Part shown: piece after piece, positions 26,419 through 40,629 of the stretch | Position numbering within the stretch: the stretch's first letter is position 1 | Layout of the letters: each line of letters starts with the position of its first letter | Source of the DNA: Eledone cirrhosa | Lineage: Eukaryota | Direction: 5' to 3' | Length of the DNA stretch: 64,000 nt | Assembly (NCBI GenBank): GCA_964016885.1 | Contig: OZ024754.1 | Span: forward strand, 17,050,001-17,114,000 | Made by a program: the position numbers and the translations under genes | Notes under the pieces: model-generated | Databases searched by the model: none | The model's input: the letters and a program-made list of their open reading frames with translations, nothing else | What the model was told of the DNA's origin: nothing

Positions 26419-27721
26419 CAGGGTGCGGACGATATTTGTTCGCAAGATTACTGTCTAGGAAAAAATAACAGTAGTTTTATTTTTTAAGATATATTTATCA
26501 AACTTGGGTCAGTTTGTCTTCATGACTTGTTCTTTCGATCTCACTTGATAAACCCGCCATTGGCTTTGATGACGGCCTCAAGGCGGCTTCGGAATCGCCT
26601 ACAGGCCTTCATCACTGTCCCCCGACTTAGGTCCCTAAAGGCACTTGTGATCCTGGCCTTCAGATCGTCTTTCGTATTGCAGCTAGATCTGTTGGTCTCG
26701 TTCCACTGCGCCCCACACAAAGAAGTCGAAGGGGTTGCAGTCAGGCGAGCTGGGAGGCCAGATGTCAGGTGAAGTCTGGTCGACGAAGTTCTCTGACAGC
26801 CAGGCTTGGGTATTTTGGTTGATATGGCAGTGCGCTGCGTCTTGCTGCCACACGTATGGCCTACCTGCAACTACCTGGTCGATCCAGGGCTTTACTACTT
26901 CGCTCAGAACGCGGATGTAGCCATCGGTGTTCAGCTTGAGGCCCTCAGGGAAGAAGTGAGGTGGGATGACGTTACCTTGACTGCTGATGACACATAAGAC
27001 CAATGTTGTCGCTGGAAACTTTGTCTGCACGACTCTGAGCACGTCTTTGGATGAGACAGCGAGCCACCTATTGTTCTGGGAGTTGATCATCTGGTCTTGG
27101 CAGAAGTTTTTCTTGTCGGAGAATAACCACAGCATGTCTGGCTCCAGTGGGTGTTTCAACTTGTTGATCAGCTTCTTTGCATGCTTCAGTAGCTTTTCTT
27201 GCATCGCCTTTGACAGAAATCGTCCTTTCCTCATCTTGTATGAAACGTAGTGAATGTCTTCATGTACCACCAGCCTAATGAGCTTTTCATCCACGCCTTT
27301 CTCCCTTGCAATGGCACGCATCGACTTGCTAGGTTCATTGTTGATGATATCCTGAACTTCAGCGACGAACTCGGGCATTCTGAAGGCGTCAGATCATCGA
27401 TCATGTGTTTTCCTCTCTGATGTTGCTTCGTAGTTGAATCATGAATCTTCCAATTCCTTTCTGACCTTTTCCACCATTCTCCTGCTGATGCTGAGAAAGT
27501 CTGAAATTTCCTTATTTGTCCTCCCGGCGCGGATTCCAAGAAGAACTCTGTGTCTCTTCCACAAATTTGGAGGTTCAAAATTATTCATAATCAATTATTC
27601 TGAAAATAAATAATGGAAATATAGTCACTGTTTTTATGAAGACAAGAATGACAACGGAAATAAAAATAATTTGCATAAAATTACTAGTTGAAAATTGCGA
27701 ACAAATATCGTCCACACCCTG
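26419..27721 (-). mobile_element. Tc1/mariner-superfamily transposon, DD37D (maT-type), near full length, transposase frameshifted
   Basis: 27-bp TIRs CAGGGTG(C/T)GGACGATATTTGTTCGCAA at 26419-26445 / 27695-27721 within TA tracts. Catalytic motifs FSD, QQD and SPDCNPFD, with 37 residues counted between the 2nd and 3rd Asp. Confidence 0.92.
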
Positions 27722-28494
27722 TATATATGTATATATATAATTATATTTATTTATATATATGTATATATAATTATATATATATATATATATGTATATATAT
27801 AATGTATATGTATATACATTGCATAAGTTGGAAATGTCTTTCTTTATGTGTCATTTGAGGGCTTTTTTGCTTTTGTTTTAATGATTGTCATATTTATACA
27901 TGAAGGTTTTCCTCTTCTATTTTTTTAAGTATTTGTAGTCAAAGACAATGCTTCCCCCCCCCCCCAAAAAAAAACTTCCAAGTCTATATCTCTTGTTTTT
28001 GAAAAACAGATCTTTTGTTTACATAAGCATTACATTGCTTAATTCTCCTCTGTATTTCCTATAAGTTGTTGTTGTTGTTGTAGTTAGTTTAGTAGCTTAT
28101 GTAAGATTCAACAAAGAAAATAACATCTATAGTAAGTGTCAAAAGCTGTAACATAATAGAAGTTATATTAATACAATATATCTTATGAAATTTGCTGTTA
28201 AACTGGTGAAAGTATTGATCCAATATATTGTAATTTCACTTAATTAACCTACTACCTACCGCTTGAAAAAGCCCTTTTCCATTAGCAATTATCCAATGTC
28301 TGTGTTTTAATTAATTTTGTTCTCAGCTACTTAATCCTTTGATTTTTTTTACACCTACCCTTTGACTGTATAGTTTCATTCTAAGAGAATTTTGTTTTCA
28401 TATTTTTTTCTCAGTTTATTTCCAATTTATCAATAGTTCTTTAGATTTATTTGTTTATTTTTCTTTTCTTATATTAACTTTTATTGACCTGTAT

Positions 28495-28995
28495 CACAGG
28501 AAACCACATTAGTAAGCCATTCTTGAAAAGTACAAAACAACATAATGACTGCATCACATTGACTCTTAATATCCTGTATCACATGAATTCACATTAGCAA
28601 GATATTCTCGAAAAGTACAAAATAACACAATGACTGAACCACATTAAAAGCTGAAGCCTTTACTTTAATACTGTTTATTTTTAAAACAATCCGTCCACTA
28701 GTAAAGATACTATAAACATTTGAGTTAATAAACCACATGAGACCATATTAGCAAGACATTCTCGGAAAGTAAAAAAAAACATCACTGTGATTCCATCACA
28801 TTAAAAACTATTACTCTAAATTTGTCCACTAGTAAAGATACTATAAACAGTTGAGTTAACAAACCACATTAGCAAGACATTCTTGAAAAGTATAAAACAG
28901 GACTGTGTTTGTATCACATTAACAAGTGGAATCTTTAATCTAGTACTGCAAATGCTTACAACTGTCTGTCAACTAGTAAAGATACTATAAAAATG
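28495..28995. repeat. Degenerate direct repeats (accacattagcaagacattcttgaaaagta..., 4 copies)
   Basis: Motif recurs near 28503, 28590, 28742 and 28863. Confidence 0.7.
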
Positions 28996-29289
28996 TTGAT
29001 AAACACATTTTTAGATATTTTCTGTTATTCATTACAGGTTAAGAGTTAAAGGTTATTTGATTAAAACAAGGAATGTTTTTAAACTCATATATTTCTCTCT
29101 AAAAAAAAATCCAACAAAAAGAAAAACAGAGGATGTTGTATTCATCATATACTCTATGATGGGGAGACAGTTGATTATTTTAACTTCTAATGTCCAGAAA
29201 GATCCATGACTGTGCAACCATCTATTGATTTTAGGAGTTGAGAGATGAGATTCTAACTACATGCCCATAGTATCGGAGTTGTGATCTAT

Positions 29290-29865
29290 CAATTCAGTCA
29301 TGTGGTTAGAATGCCTCAGGAAATAATCTCTAGATAGATTTTATGGGCAAAACAGTTGGCAGGAGACCGAGGGGTAGACTCCAAGCAAGATGGATGGATA
29401 ACATTCATGAGCATGGCTGATCACATGTGGGAATCCAGCTGGATTAGTTGGAGATGGTTGTTTCTGAGTGGGCCTGCTGGAAGAAGTGTTTGAGGACTCC
29501 AGCCCCACGACCCTCTCAGGAATAAGTGAGCGAGGAAGAGGAGAGATGAGATTGGTATTGTGGCTTTGATACAGTTCCCAAGTACATTGGCAGCATAAGT
29601 TTAGCAAAAGAGCTCCTTGTGAGAATTGAAAGTTAGTTATAGATTCAATTTGTTGGAGGCATTCAGAGTTGACACTGCACTCAGTGGCCCTGTGGGAGCC
29701 CCTATATGGACACACTAGAAGAGGGAGACCGAAGCTGACATATTTCGATGTCCTAAGGACAGACACTAGTCTCTGGGAGATGAAGGGCATGGCGGTGCAG
29801 ATGAAGGACAGAGACCGCTGGAGAGAACTTGTACATGGATCTCGGGAATTTTACCCACCCTAGAG
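29290..29865 (+). mobile_element. Degenerate LINE 3' fragments (RTE-like); related remnants at ~32320-32560 and ~33580-33770
   Basis: 29669-29863 reads LWEP.YG..RRGRPKLTY.D.L..D...KDRDRWR. The segment cgaccctctcaggaataagtg recurs. Confidence 0.6.
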
Positions 29866-30401
29866 ATATTTAATACTTGACACCACAGTCTTTATTTTTG
29901 TCTTCTTTATACAACTGTTGCACTGGATTCTGTTGATCATGTTTAAAAGTAACATTTAAGTAATGTTTATATTTTTTCCTACATCACTATTTCTATTTCT
30001 TTATTTAATTTACTCCCAGTTGTGTATTATGTATCAGTAAATCCTATTCTTTCTTTGTGGATCTATATTTAGAAGGACTATTTTACACAAAAACATTAAC
30101 ATATTGATCAACATTAAGATTTTTGTTTCTATCATATAATTTCATTATTGATTTTGTACCCTATTCTACTCAAATTTTTCTTCATACAAAGACAAGTAGT
30201 ATTCTTATCTTAGAATTTCAGAAACTAAATTGATTCAAACATGCATGCTGGTGTGTTATCAGTTCTATGTATGGACCAGAAATGCAATAGAAAATGATTC
30301 TAAATAGATACGTTTAAGGATGTATATTCGTTTGGGATATTTTGTAATTGTTATTATTATTATTAGTAGTAATCTTCTTCTTCTTCTTCTCCTCATCCTC
30401 T

Positions 30402-30435
<34 letters not shown>

Positions 30436-30916
30436 TAATAGTAGTTTGTAAGATCATGCTGTACTGTACTTATGCGAGCTCAACAGTTATAATAAAAACT
30501 AATTCTGTTAGTCAATAGTTGATAGCTTCTGAGGTGTAAACTGTGTCTTTGGTTGAATATTGACTTCTTGAAATTACAGATTATGGCAGTTTTTATGCCT
30601 GAGAAGTTACTTTAATTAACTACGCTATCCATAAATCAATCCACCTGTGTTAAAGGATAATTCTACAGAGGTCTTTGATAAATTCATTATCCTGTTTACA
30701 AGATATTCCAAGTCTTATGAAGCCATATGGAAACGATAAATTGGATTTATTTCTATCAAGTGTAAAAGATACAGCTGCCAGTTTCTGTGATGAAAGAGAG
30801 TGGCCCAAAGTTACATATCAAGAGTTTTGAAGATGGTATTACATGCTGAATATTTATGATAATTACCACTGGCCAATTTTTACAATCTACAAAACCTTGA
30901 CAGTAAATCTCACATG

Positions 30917-30979
<63 letters not shown>

Positions 30980-31090
30980 CAAAGTTTAGACAAATGTGTG
31001 TGTGTGTGTGTGCAAAGTTTAAGCAAACAGAAATAACAAAGCGAACAAAATAGTACAATGAAGAAATATTAGTTTTACATTTGGTATAGT

Positions 31091-31126
31091 AAGAAATATT
31101 TCGGACACTCATCCTTCATCAGAAAA
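31091..31126 (-). ncRNA. Family-A hammerhead motif (diverged)
   Basis: Minus strand reads CTGATGA-A-GGA(tgagtg)TCC-GAA-ATAT-T. Confidence 0.5.
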
Positions 31127-34100
31127 CAGAATGAGAAGAAATAAAAAGACGAGACTGGGCAGTGGCAGAAAAACCAGGTCTGTTCAAGTCACCCCCCCCC
31201 CCCCCCCCCACAACACAAACACAAACATTGTTTAACATCCATTTGATGGGTTGTCCCATTAGAGGCAAGTTGAATCAGGTGACCATGTCTTGCTCATATA
31301 GGATTGTTTTGGGCTGGATGCCCTTCCTAACACCAACCACATTTTGAGTGTGTGCTGAGGGCTTTTTCTTGTGACACCTACACGACCACTTTACGGCGTG
31401 GGCTGAGTGCTTTTTGTTGTGACACACACCTACACAACCACTTTACAATGTGGGTTGGATGTTTATGGGACAAAACATAACTTTATAGTGAACAGAAGTG
31501 TGAGGGTGGTGTGGGGGCGTTGGGGTGTATGGAAAGGGGTATGGGGATTAGGTGGTTAAGAGGTGCCTACTGGATGTATATTTGAGTTCATGCGCAAGAG
31601 TAGGCGGGTCTTCTGTATTACAGCCTGACCTCTTCACAATGAGTTACTTGGTTCTATGATGCGTTTTATGTTTAGGTAGTTTACTTGTCTTATATTCTGG
31701 TAATTGTCTACAGAATACCTTTCAGCAGGTGTAACAATAGAATTAAATTAGAATCTTGAGGTAAGCAAAATTTAACATGAAAATAAAATACCACTGAAAA
31801 ATACTGTGACATGAAACTGTGTGAAGGCTGTGAACAACAAACATTCACTGCTGTTTGTATAGCCTTTCAGTATATCAACTCTCAACATCACATATGGAGG
31901 AAGTATTTGGAGGAAGTAAGCTGTGTTGATGCCAACACAATGTTGCCTTTGAATGTTTTAATGAATAATCACTTGCTCATAGTAATAACAGCTCTGACAA
32001 AGTTGTCAGTACTTTCACTGTCATCTCATTGATCAATTGCTAATTACAATATTAATGAGTGCATGAGGAAAACGATGTTGCAATAAATTTGAAAAAATTC
32101 AAGAAGTTGAAGTTAATGCATTGGCGATTGGGTTATTACCTGGTTCCTAACTGGCTTTCTTGTTTATTACCTGATTTACACACTCAAGAAACATAACTTT
32201 TTTTCTTAACTCTTAACATCCTATAATGATTGAGCAAAAAATATCTAAAAATGGGTTTAACAATTCAAATGTTTATACTATCTTTGCTAGTGTACAGAAC
32301 TTTGTGCAAATTTCTGGTATTAGGGTAGTTAGAATGTCTAAAGAAAGAATCGATGGGTAGTTGTTACGAGTAAAGCTAACTGACAGGAGACCCAGAGGTT
32401 GACCATGAGCAAGATGGTCAGATAGTATCCATGAGCTCGGCCTGGTCTCGCTTGGAGATCCAGTCAGAGGAATTGGAAATTATTGCTTCTGATAGGAATC
32501 TCTGTAAGGTGTGTCTGAGGACTCTTCCCCCATGACCCTCTCAGGAATAAGTGGACAAAGAAGATGATGATGATGATGAAGAATGGTAAAGGTTTTACTT
32601 TGCATTTAATGCATTCAGAGTACTGTTTTATACTTTTTACAAAATGCCTTGACCAGTGTCATCTGGTACAAGACGTTAAGAGTAAAATTTTCTGGACATT
32701 TTCTGTGATTATGTATATACAGTCCTATACGAGCGAGACACGGTCGCCTGACCAATCTTGCCTCAAGTGGGACAATTCCCGACTAACCCATGCTAGCATG
32801 GAAGATAGATGTTAAACGATGATGATGATGATAGTGAAGGCATGTGGCTGAGTGGTTAGAAAATTGGATTCACAATCGTGAGGTTGTGAGTTCGCTTCGT
32901 GGACCGAGTAATGCATTATGTCCTTGAGCAAGACACTTTATTTCATGTTTCTTCTTCTAGCTGGAGTTGCGACCGATATATAGTATTAGCAATTGGAAAG
33001 ACCAATGGAAACATTGTTTCAATTTGACAAAAATTGATCGACTATCAATGTATATACTCCTTCATCATCTACCTTCCCACCCAGATCACTTCTGAAATGT
33101 AGCTACAGAAATCAGATATTATGACTATAAATGCTAGCGTTCATTAGAGCTAAGTTCAATGCCTTGACTTGCAGTACTACTATTTCCAAGTCTAGTGATA
33201 TATATTCAAGTAGCATGAGTTTTATACTGTTTGACATTATTCCAAAAATAAATGCATCCATTATTGACATTTTTCCTGTACAGTTCAGATGACATTGACA
33301 GGTATTTTAAGGCTTCAAGAAATTTAGCCAAGGATTCTGTTATCTGTTGTTATCAAGTTATGAGCCGATGTCTTGCCAAAATCTTCTTCACTGTTTTAAT
33401 GTAGTTATCTATGAGCTAATTTGTCACGTCCTCGTAATTGGTACATTGTGAGCAATTCGAATACTTTGTGAGATAGAAAGTTTATAGGAGCGCGTATCTG
33501 TTGTGGTTAGCAATACAGATAAAACATTTTTAACCCAGTGTTTGAATTCCAAAGAGATTGACACTGATTTTACAAACAATGACAACTGACAGGTGACCCA
33601 GCAGTAGACTATGAGTAAGATGGTTGGATAATAGCCATGAGCTAGGTTGGTCTTGCTTGGAAATCCATCTGAATCAATTGGAGATGGTTGTTTCTGTTAG
33701 AATCCTCTGGAAGGCATGTTTAAAGACCTCTCTGACTCTCCCAGGAATATATGGGTGAAAAAGAAGGTTTACATTTAAATAAATGGGTTTGTATCATAGA
33801 AACCTGGGTTAGTTTCAGCTTGGTTGGTATCAAAATGATTAAGAAAACCCATAATATTTGATGTCTTCCATTTTACATTTTATTTTTGTACACATGAGTG
33901 CGCACGTGGACACATGAGTGCGCACGTGGACACATGAGTGCACACACATTTCTCATATCCCAAATTCCATTTACAAGGTGCTCCACAGTGGGATTGAACC
34001 CAAAGCCACGTGATAGCAAAATAGACATCTTAACCAGATGTCTATACCAACACTTATGTTTCTTTATTTTATCAATAAGTTCCATTGTATTATGTAACAT

Positions 34101-34277
34101 TATTGTATTACATACAGAATAATTCTATATTTATAATATGATTATTATATTTATTTTGAATGCAGTTTCTTTTAAAAAGAAAGCTTGATTTAATTACAGG
34201 TGATATAAGTGTTCTATTGATATAATTACAGGTGTAATTAATATTGTAATATAAGTGTTCTTTTGATATAATTACAG

Positions 34278-34402
34278 GTGTGACAAGACATGTTGGTGAT
34301 GCCATTAGTGATCTCACTACCAAGGCTAAGAACAAGGTTGTGGCAATTGGAATTGCATCATGGGGGATTGTTGAGAACAAAGAATTATTAATTGGCAGTG
34401 AT
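34278..34402 (+). CDS. TRPM: TRPM exon 2 in window ([10 protein letters not shown]...[19 protein letters not shown])
   Basis: Acceptor ttacag|GT and donor GAT|gtatgt. Phase 1 in, phase 0 out. Conserved RHVGDA and IGIA.WG..EN motifs. Confidence 0.95.
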
Positions 34403-34534
34403 GTATGTTCATTATTACCTTATTTCTTTCACAAAAAATTAGAAAAAAATGTGTGTGTATATATATATATATATGTAAAAAGTAAACAGATATAGGAATA
34501 TATTAGGTTAAGGCTTGAAATACCAGGAAGAGGG

Positions 34535-34570
34535 TCTTAACGTTTCGGATGCTAGTCCTTCATCAGAAGA
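34535..34570 (-). ncRNA. Family-A minimal hammerhead motif, intact core
   Basis: Minus strand reads TCTT-CTGATGA-A-GGA(ctagca)TCC-GAA-ACGT-T-AAGA, with palindromic ACGT at stem III and a GUU cleavage triplet. Confidence 0.65.
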
Positions 34571-36243
34571 AATAATGAGAAATTAGAAAGATTAAAGGGA
34601 TCTGTAAGAGTATATGTTTCTGACTATAAGAGATCCATAGGAATCTAGGGGTGAATGTACAATCGCGTGTGTGATAACAGACGGGGGTATATATATACAC
34701 ACACACATACACATACAATTTTTGTCAGATTATTACATTTAGATTGTTATAAAAGAATGAGGTTCTTGGCAGAACTGTTCTGCTAGAGATTGGGTTGCAG
34801 GTGACAGATAGCGATATGGCCACCAGATGTGATAGTTAGTTGTGATATAAACGGCCAGCTGCCAGATGAATAAATAACCCCAGACTAACAGTGGTAACCT
34901 AAAAGCCACACTTCAATTCAGTATTCATGCCAACCCTTAGGTAACACTACCTGAAACTGTCCCTGCTTTTATGAGATACAACTATTTGTTTTAAAGTGTT
35001 TATATTTGTCTAAAAACCATTTGTCATAATTTTATGTAAGAACCTTTGTTAAGTTATGTTCCAAACACCTGTTAAACAATAAGAACATTTATATTACTAA
35101 ATGCCTCCAAATACTTGATTATCTTAAAAATCATTTGAAAATCATAGGCAGTGTGTTTCTTTAGAAATATGGTAACTAAAGGGGCAGTAAAATTGTTCTC
35201 AGAAGGAAAATCATCTTTTGAAGCAGGTTTGGTTCTGAAAACCTTTATGCAGCAAAAAGTAAAACATATTGACACAGAAGAAAGAAACAAGGACATTTTT
35301 AGCTTGTTAGTTTGAAAAGAAGCTAGCGGGATATCATCGCATGCATACACAAAACTACATGCACAATGCTGCATGCATTAACGTAGTAAAGAAAAAAAGA
35401 AAATGAGGATAAAAGAAACGTTTTTGTCAATTATTGGATAGGAATGTGATGCTTGAAGTCACAAAACTTGCAGAACTGCAAGTGATAGTTGCTAGTAATA
35501 TCTTCAGGCCAATGTGTGTATGAGATGCAGAAATGCTGATAGTTTATATGAAGTTGATTAAATAAAATATTTATGGTAATAGATCCTGGCATATTGTCTA
35601 CTGATCTGATACTACTAACTTGATCGTATAGCCATACTCCCAAATGGCTAACTTAGCGGCATTGCTATCAACTAATTTAAGGGCATAGATAATGTGCATA
35701 AAGAAAGAAAGAAAGCTGAAATATTCCTAGGTGACACAGGGAATTAGCTAATTCAGTTAATTCAGAATGTTGAAGTGAATATGAATATTTCTTCAGAAAG
35801 AGGTAGTCAAAATATTGAACTACAATAAAGTTATTTCATTTTATTGAGTTCAGCTAGAAAATATATTACAACAAGATCAATGATTTAGAGACTAAAATTG
35901 TTAATGATTCCTTATTAAAGCTTTCATTACCATATTTCTCAGAAAAGATACTTACTGCCCATGATTTTCAAATCATTTTGAAAATAATTAAAAATATTAA
36001 TAGATTTAGTGATAAACTGATAGTGGAGCATAACTTTACAAAGGTTCTTACACTTTAAAACAAACATCTTAGTAAATTAATATTAGTGCTCCATCATAGC
36101 GCTATACGCATGTATGTAAGTGTTGTATATCGAATAATATGAGATGTTTATGAAAACATTTGAAAGCCTTTCACTATGAATTTTTTGCTGAGACAAGGAT
36201 GTGTGATGTTGATCACAGCCTTAAAGATTCATAGAAAAATGTT

Positions 36244-36408
36244 CATAAACATCTTGTATAATATTCAATATACAGCCCTTACATAAACATCTTGTATAAT
36301 ATTCAATATACAGCCCTTACATAAACATCTTGTATAATATTCAATATACAGCCCTTACATAAACATCTTGTATAATATTCAATATACAGCCCTTACATAA
36401 ACATCTTA
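36244..36408. repeat. 38-bp tandem repeat, ~4 copies
   Basis: Unit cataaacatcttgtataatattcaatatacagccctta. Confidence 0.92.
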
Positions 36409-37759
36409 GTATTGGAAAAGAAAGGTTTCAAGCAGTACCAAAGCAGTTAAAATATTCTAGATTTCTTTTAACTAACTTTAAGACAAGCAACATATTTACC
36501 ATATTTGCTGGCCTATTGGATGTCACTTCATATAAGACGCTCCCTAGTTTTACAAGGACATTTTGAGAAAAAAAGAATTTTAGTCCATTTCTTCATAAAT
36601 TTATTTTAAAATATTTCATTGTTTTCTTATAAAAACTCTTATATAAGTTTGACATAATTTTTCTAGCCAGGGCTGGTTTCAGGCAGTTTGGCATCAAAAG
36701 TGTTAATAAGTCACATACAATTGAATTTTATTTAATAGTACTACTTCAAGAAGTTGTTCAACTTCTCTTGAAACAGTCATTCACTTTTAATCATTGCTAA
36801 GAACTTCAATTCTGTCTTTCTCTGTCTTATAGGCTTCTCTATATTTACACCAGTAGAGAAAGAGAATATAGTAATTTTAAAATATTTCAAGTTTATATTA
36901 ACTTTCATATAATAAGTGATCATGTAATGATTAAAGACCATCATGGTACTCTGATCATTACCACAATCACCATTATAATAACCAATATTTTTATTGGAAT
37001 ATTTTCTTTGAATTCAAGGAATCTTATTGCTTTATATGATGTACATGAAACTTTATTTCATGTTAAATCTCTGTTAAAGTCTGCCTGTAATACCCCCTTC
37101 TCACTTAAGTTAACAGTAATTAAATAGATTCTCCTGAAAGCAACATCTGCTATCTTGAATTGCAAATTGTTTGCTATATTCATTCAAACTGAGTCTATTG
37201 TTTGAATTAATTTATATTGCAGATTCAATGAATGATATCGACAGTCTGTTAGATTTCTCTGCTTCTAAAAGCATACTTCTAACATCATGTAATACTATTT
37301 ACCTTTGTTGTTAAATGAACAGGTGTTCTCTAAACATTTATCCTGTAACGTAATTAACAATCTTATAAATGAAAGATAAATTTGTTAGTTTCATTTCATG
37401 GTGTAACCAGAAGACAAATCAGTTTTGGTTCAATTACCGAGAGGTAAATCTGTTGATCAATAAATGGAAGCTGGTTCAAAAGTCTAGTTGTATGAGAAAT
37501 TTGTCCCATATGAACTCTCTTATGGTTTGGACAGTGGCGTTTAGTAAAGGTCCAATATATTTTAGACAAAAATGTTGAATGACCTGTCCAACACTAGCTA
37601 CCAGAGAAAGTGGACATTAGACAATGAAGACTACGATGATGATGATGATGATGATGATGCAGCAGCAGCATTCATGTTTCTATCAATTGCAGTCCCTGTT
37701 GCTGTTACCTGTCTGTAGCTAATTATGTCAGTATTATCAATGAAACACTGACTGATTTA

Positions 37760-38206
37760 TCTATACTAATAAAGCTGACAGCCATATATATATATATATA
37801 ATGAAATTATTGTGTAAAGTGCTCAGGTGCACTACAACTTGTCAAAGGTGCATGTATAGTACATAGAATAATATACAAATGTCAGGGAAGATATGTATGT
37901 AACAAACTTTTTGCCAAACAGCTGAACCAAACGTCAGCAAATTTGCACCATAGATGTAACTTTTTCCAAGTAAGAAAGTGAGGGTATTTTTGTCTACTGA
38001 ATTTTGTTAAAAGATTAAAGATATTTAAATATTCACTTCTTTAAAATTTTCAAATGTCAACACTTCCGGTTATACAACATTCCTCACTCTTTCTTAGTCT
38101 GTCCTTTTAGATAGATACATAACTATAACGTCACGCCCTTATAATATGTCTCTGTATGTCTGGCTGTCTGCATTATGAAAACCGTGTGTGTATATATGTA
38201 TATATA

Positions 38207-38258
<52 letters not shown>

Positions 38259-40120
38259 TTAGTATCATAAATAAGAGATAGTTTAATTTGTACATTTTAT
38301 TACAGCTTTCCTTTCATCGTCATCGTCATTTTACATCCGCTTGTCCCTGCTTGCAAGGGTGGGACGGGAACTGATTCTGGCTTGATTTCTACAGCTGGAT
38401 GCCCTTCCTAACACCAACCTCATTTACAGTGAGTGCTGGGTGCTTTTTTGCCGTGGCACCTCCACGTCCACTTTACAGTGGAATGATAGGGACCCCAGTC
38501 CCTATCATCTCATTTATACATCTATATACATATATATACATACATAAACATGTTATTTACAGTTGTATAAAAAAAGAAGTATAATTGTTTCTACTTTTGG
38601 CACAAGGCCAGCAATTATCTCAGTACATTACTGGTACTTTATTATATAGAATATATATAATACAACATTCCTCTCTCTTTTTTACTGTCTTTTTAGATAG
38701 ATACATAGCTATGACGTTGTGCCCTTATAATATCTGTCTGTATGTCTGCCTGTCTGCATTGACTTCGCTTCTAACCAACTTTTAATTAATTATATATATA
38801 TATAATTATATATTCGTGTACATGTTTTCAACTGTAATACTAAACTATATATTTTCAACTGTAATACTATACTGTACTATATATTTTCAACAGTAATACT
38901 ATACTATATATTTTCAACAGTAATATTATACTATACATTTTCAACAGTAATACTATACTATATATTTTCAAGAGTAATACTATACTATACTATATATTTT
39001 CAACAGTAATACTATACTATACTATACATTTTCAACAGTAATACTGTACTATATATTTTCAACAGTAATACTATATTATACTATATGTATTCAACAGTCA
39101 TACTATACTATATATTTTCAACAATAATACTATACTATATTTTCAACAGTAATACTATACTATACTTTATATTTTCAACAGTAATACTCTACTATACTAT
39201 ATATTTTCAACAGTAATACTATACTATATATTTTCAACTGTAATACTATACTAGATATTTTCAACAGTAATACTATACTATACTATATATTTTCATCATT
39301 AATACTATACTATATTTTCAACAGTAATACTCTACTATACTTTATATTTTCAACAATAATACTATACTATATTTTCAACAGTAATACCCTACTATACTAT
39401 ATATTTTCAACAGTAATACTCTACTATATATTTTCAACAGTAATACTATACTATATATTTTCAACAATAATACTATACTATATTTTCAACAGTAATACTC
39501 TACTATATTTTCAACAGTAATACTCTACTATATTTTCAACAGTAATACCCTACTATACTATATATTTTCAACAGTAATACTCTACTATATATTTTCAACA
39601 GTAATGCTATACTATATATTTTCAACAGTAATGCTATACTATATTTTCAACAGTAATACTCTACTATACTTTATATTTTCAACATTAATACTATACTATA
39701 TATTTTCAACAGTAATACTATACTATATATTTTCAACAATAATACTATACTATATTTTCAACAGTAATACTATACTATATTTTCAACAGTAATACCCTAC
39801 TATACTATATATTTTCAACAGTAATACTCTACTATATATTTTCAACAGTAATACTATACTATATATTTTCAACAGTAATGCTATACTATATTTTCAACAG
39901 TAATACTCTACTATACTTTATATTTTCAACATTAATACTATACTATATATTTTCAACAGTAATGCTATACTATATATTTTCAACAGTAATACTATACTAC
40001 ACAGATGGCTTATCGTCTGTTTATCCAAGCGAAGCTAGGTACATCAGCTATATATATATATATATCGATGCCGTAGAACACGCCAATGGTAGCTGGGTGC
40101 CAGCCGGACTGGCCAGCTAG
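37760..40120 (+). mobile_element. Candidate non-autonomous Helitron-like element carrying nested SINE fragments and a minisatellite
   Basis: A|TCTATACTAATAAAG 5' end; GC-rich hairpin-like stretch and CTAG|T at 40117-40121. Boundaries are inferred. Confidence 0.4.
38820..39999. repeat. Minisatellite with ~24-31-bp units (tattttcaacagtaatactatacta...)
   Basis: Direct reading; unit length varies with the number of tacta pentamers. Confidence 0.95.
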
Positions 40121-40629
40121 TATATATATATTGAAAATTTGAAATACAGTCGTCCTGACATGAATGACTATAACAACAGTGATCACTATAAATAATAGTT
40201 GAGAAATTTTGGTAAAATACTCCAAGAAACTGGATGTTCACATTTTTTTTTTTTTTTTTAGAATTTTCCAGATCATGCTTTTCCACTGTTTTTCACTGAA
40301 CAGCAATTTTTAAAAATAATAAAATCAATAATATATAACAGATACAATAGACAATTACTCATTTAAAAATTTTGCCTGTAACATGTTTAAAATAAGATCC
40401 TCTTGAAAATGAATTCATAGGATGCAACAATTAATTTATTCATATTTTTCCCTGAGTAAACAATGAAGATAATAAAAAGTTTCTCTATAAATAGTTTTTT
40501 AACTTCATTAAGCATTTTCTATTTATTATCTTTATACACACACCCACTCATACACACACACACATATATATTTTCAACTATTCTTCCTTCAGACAATATA
40601 TTCAGGAATAAATTACTAACTTAATATCT

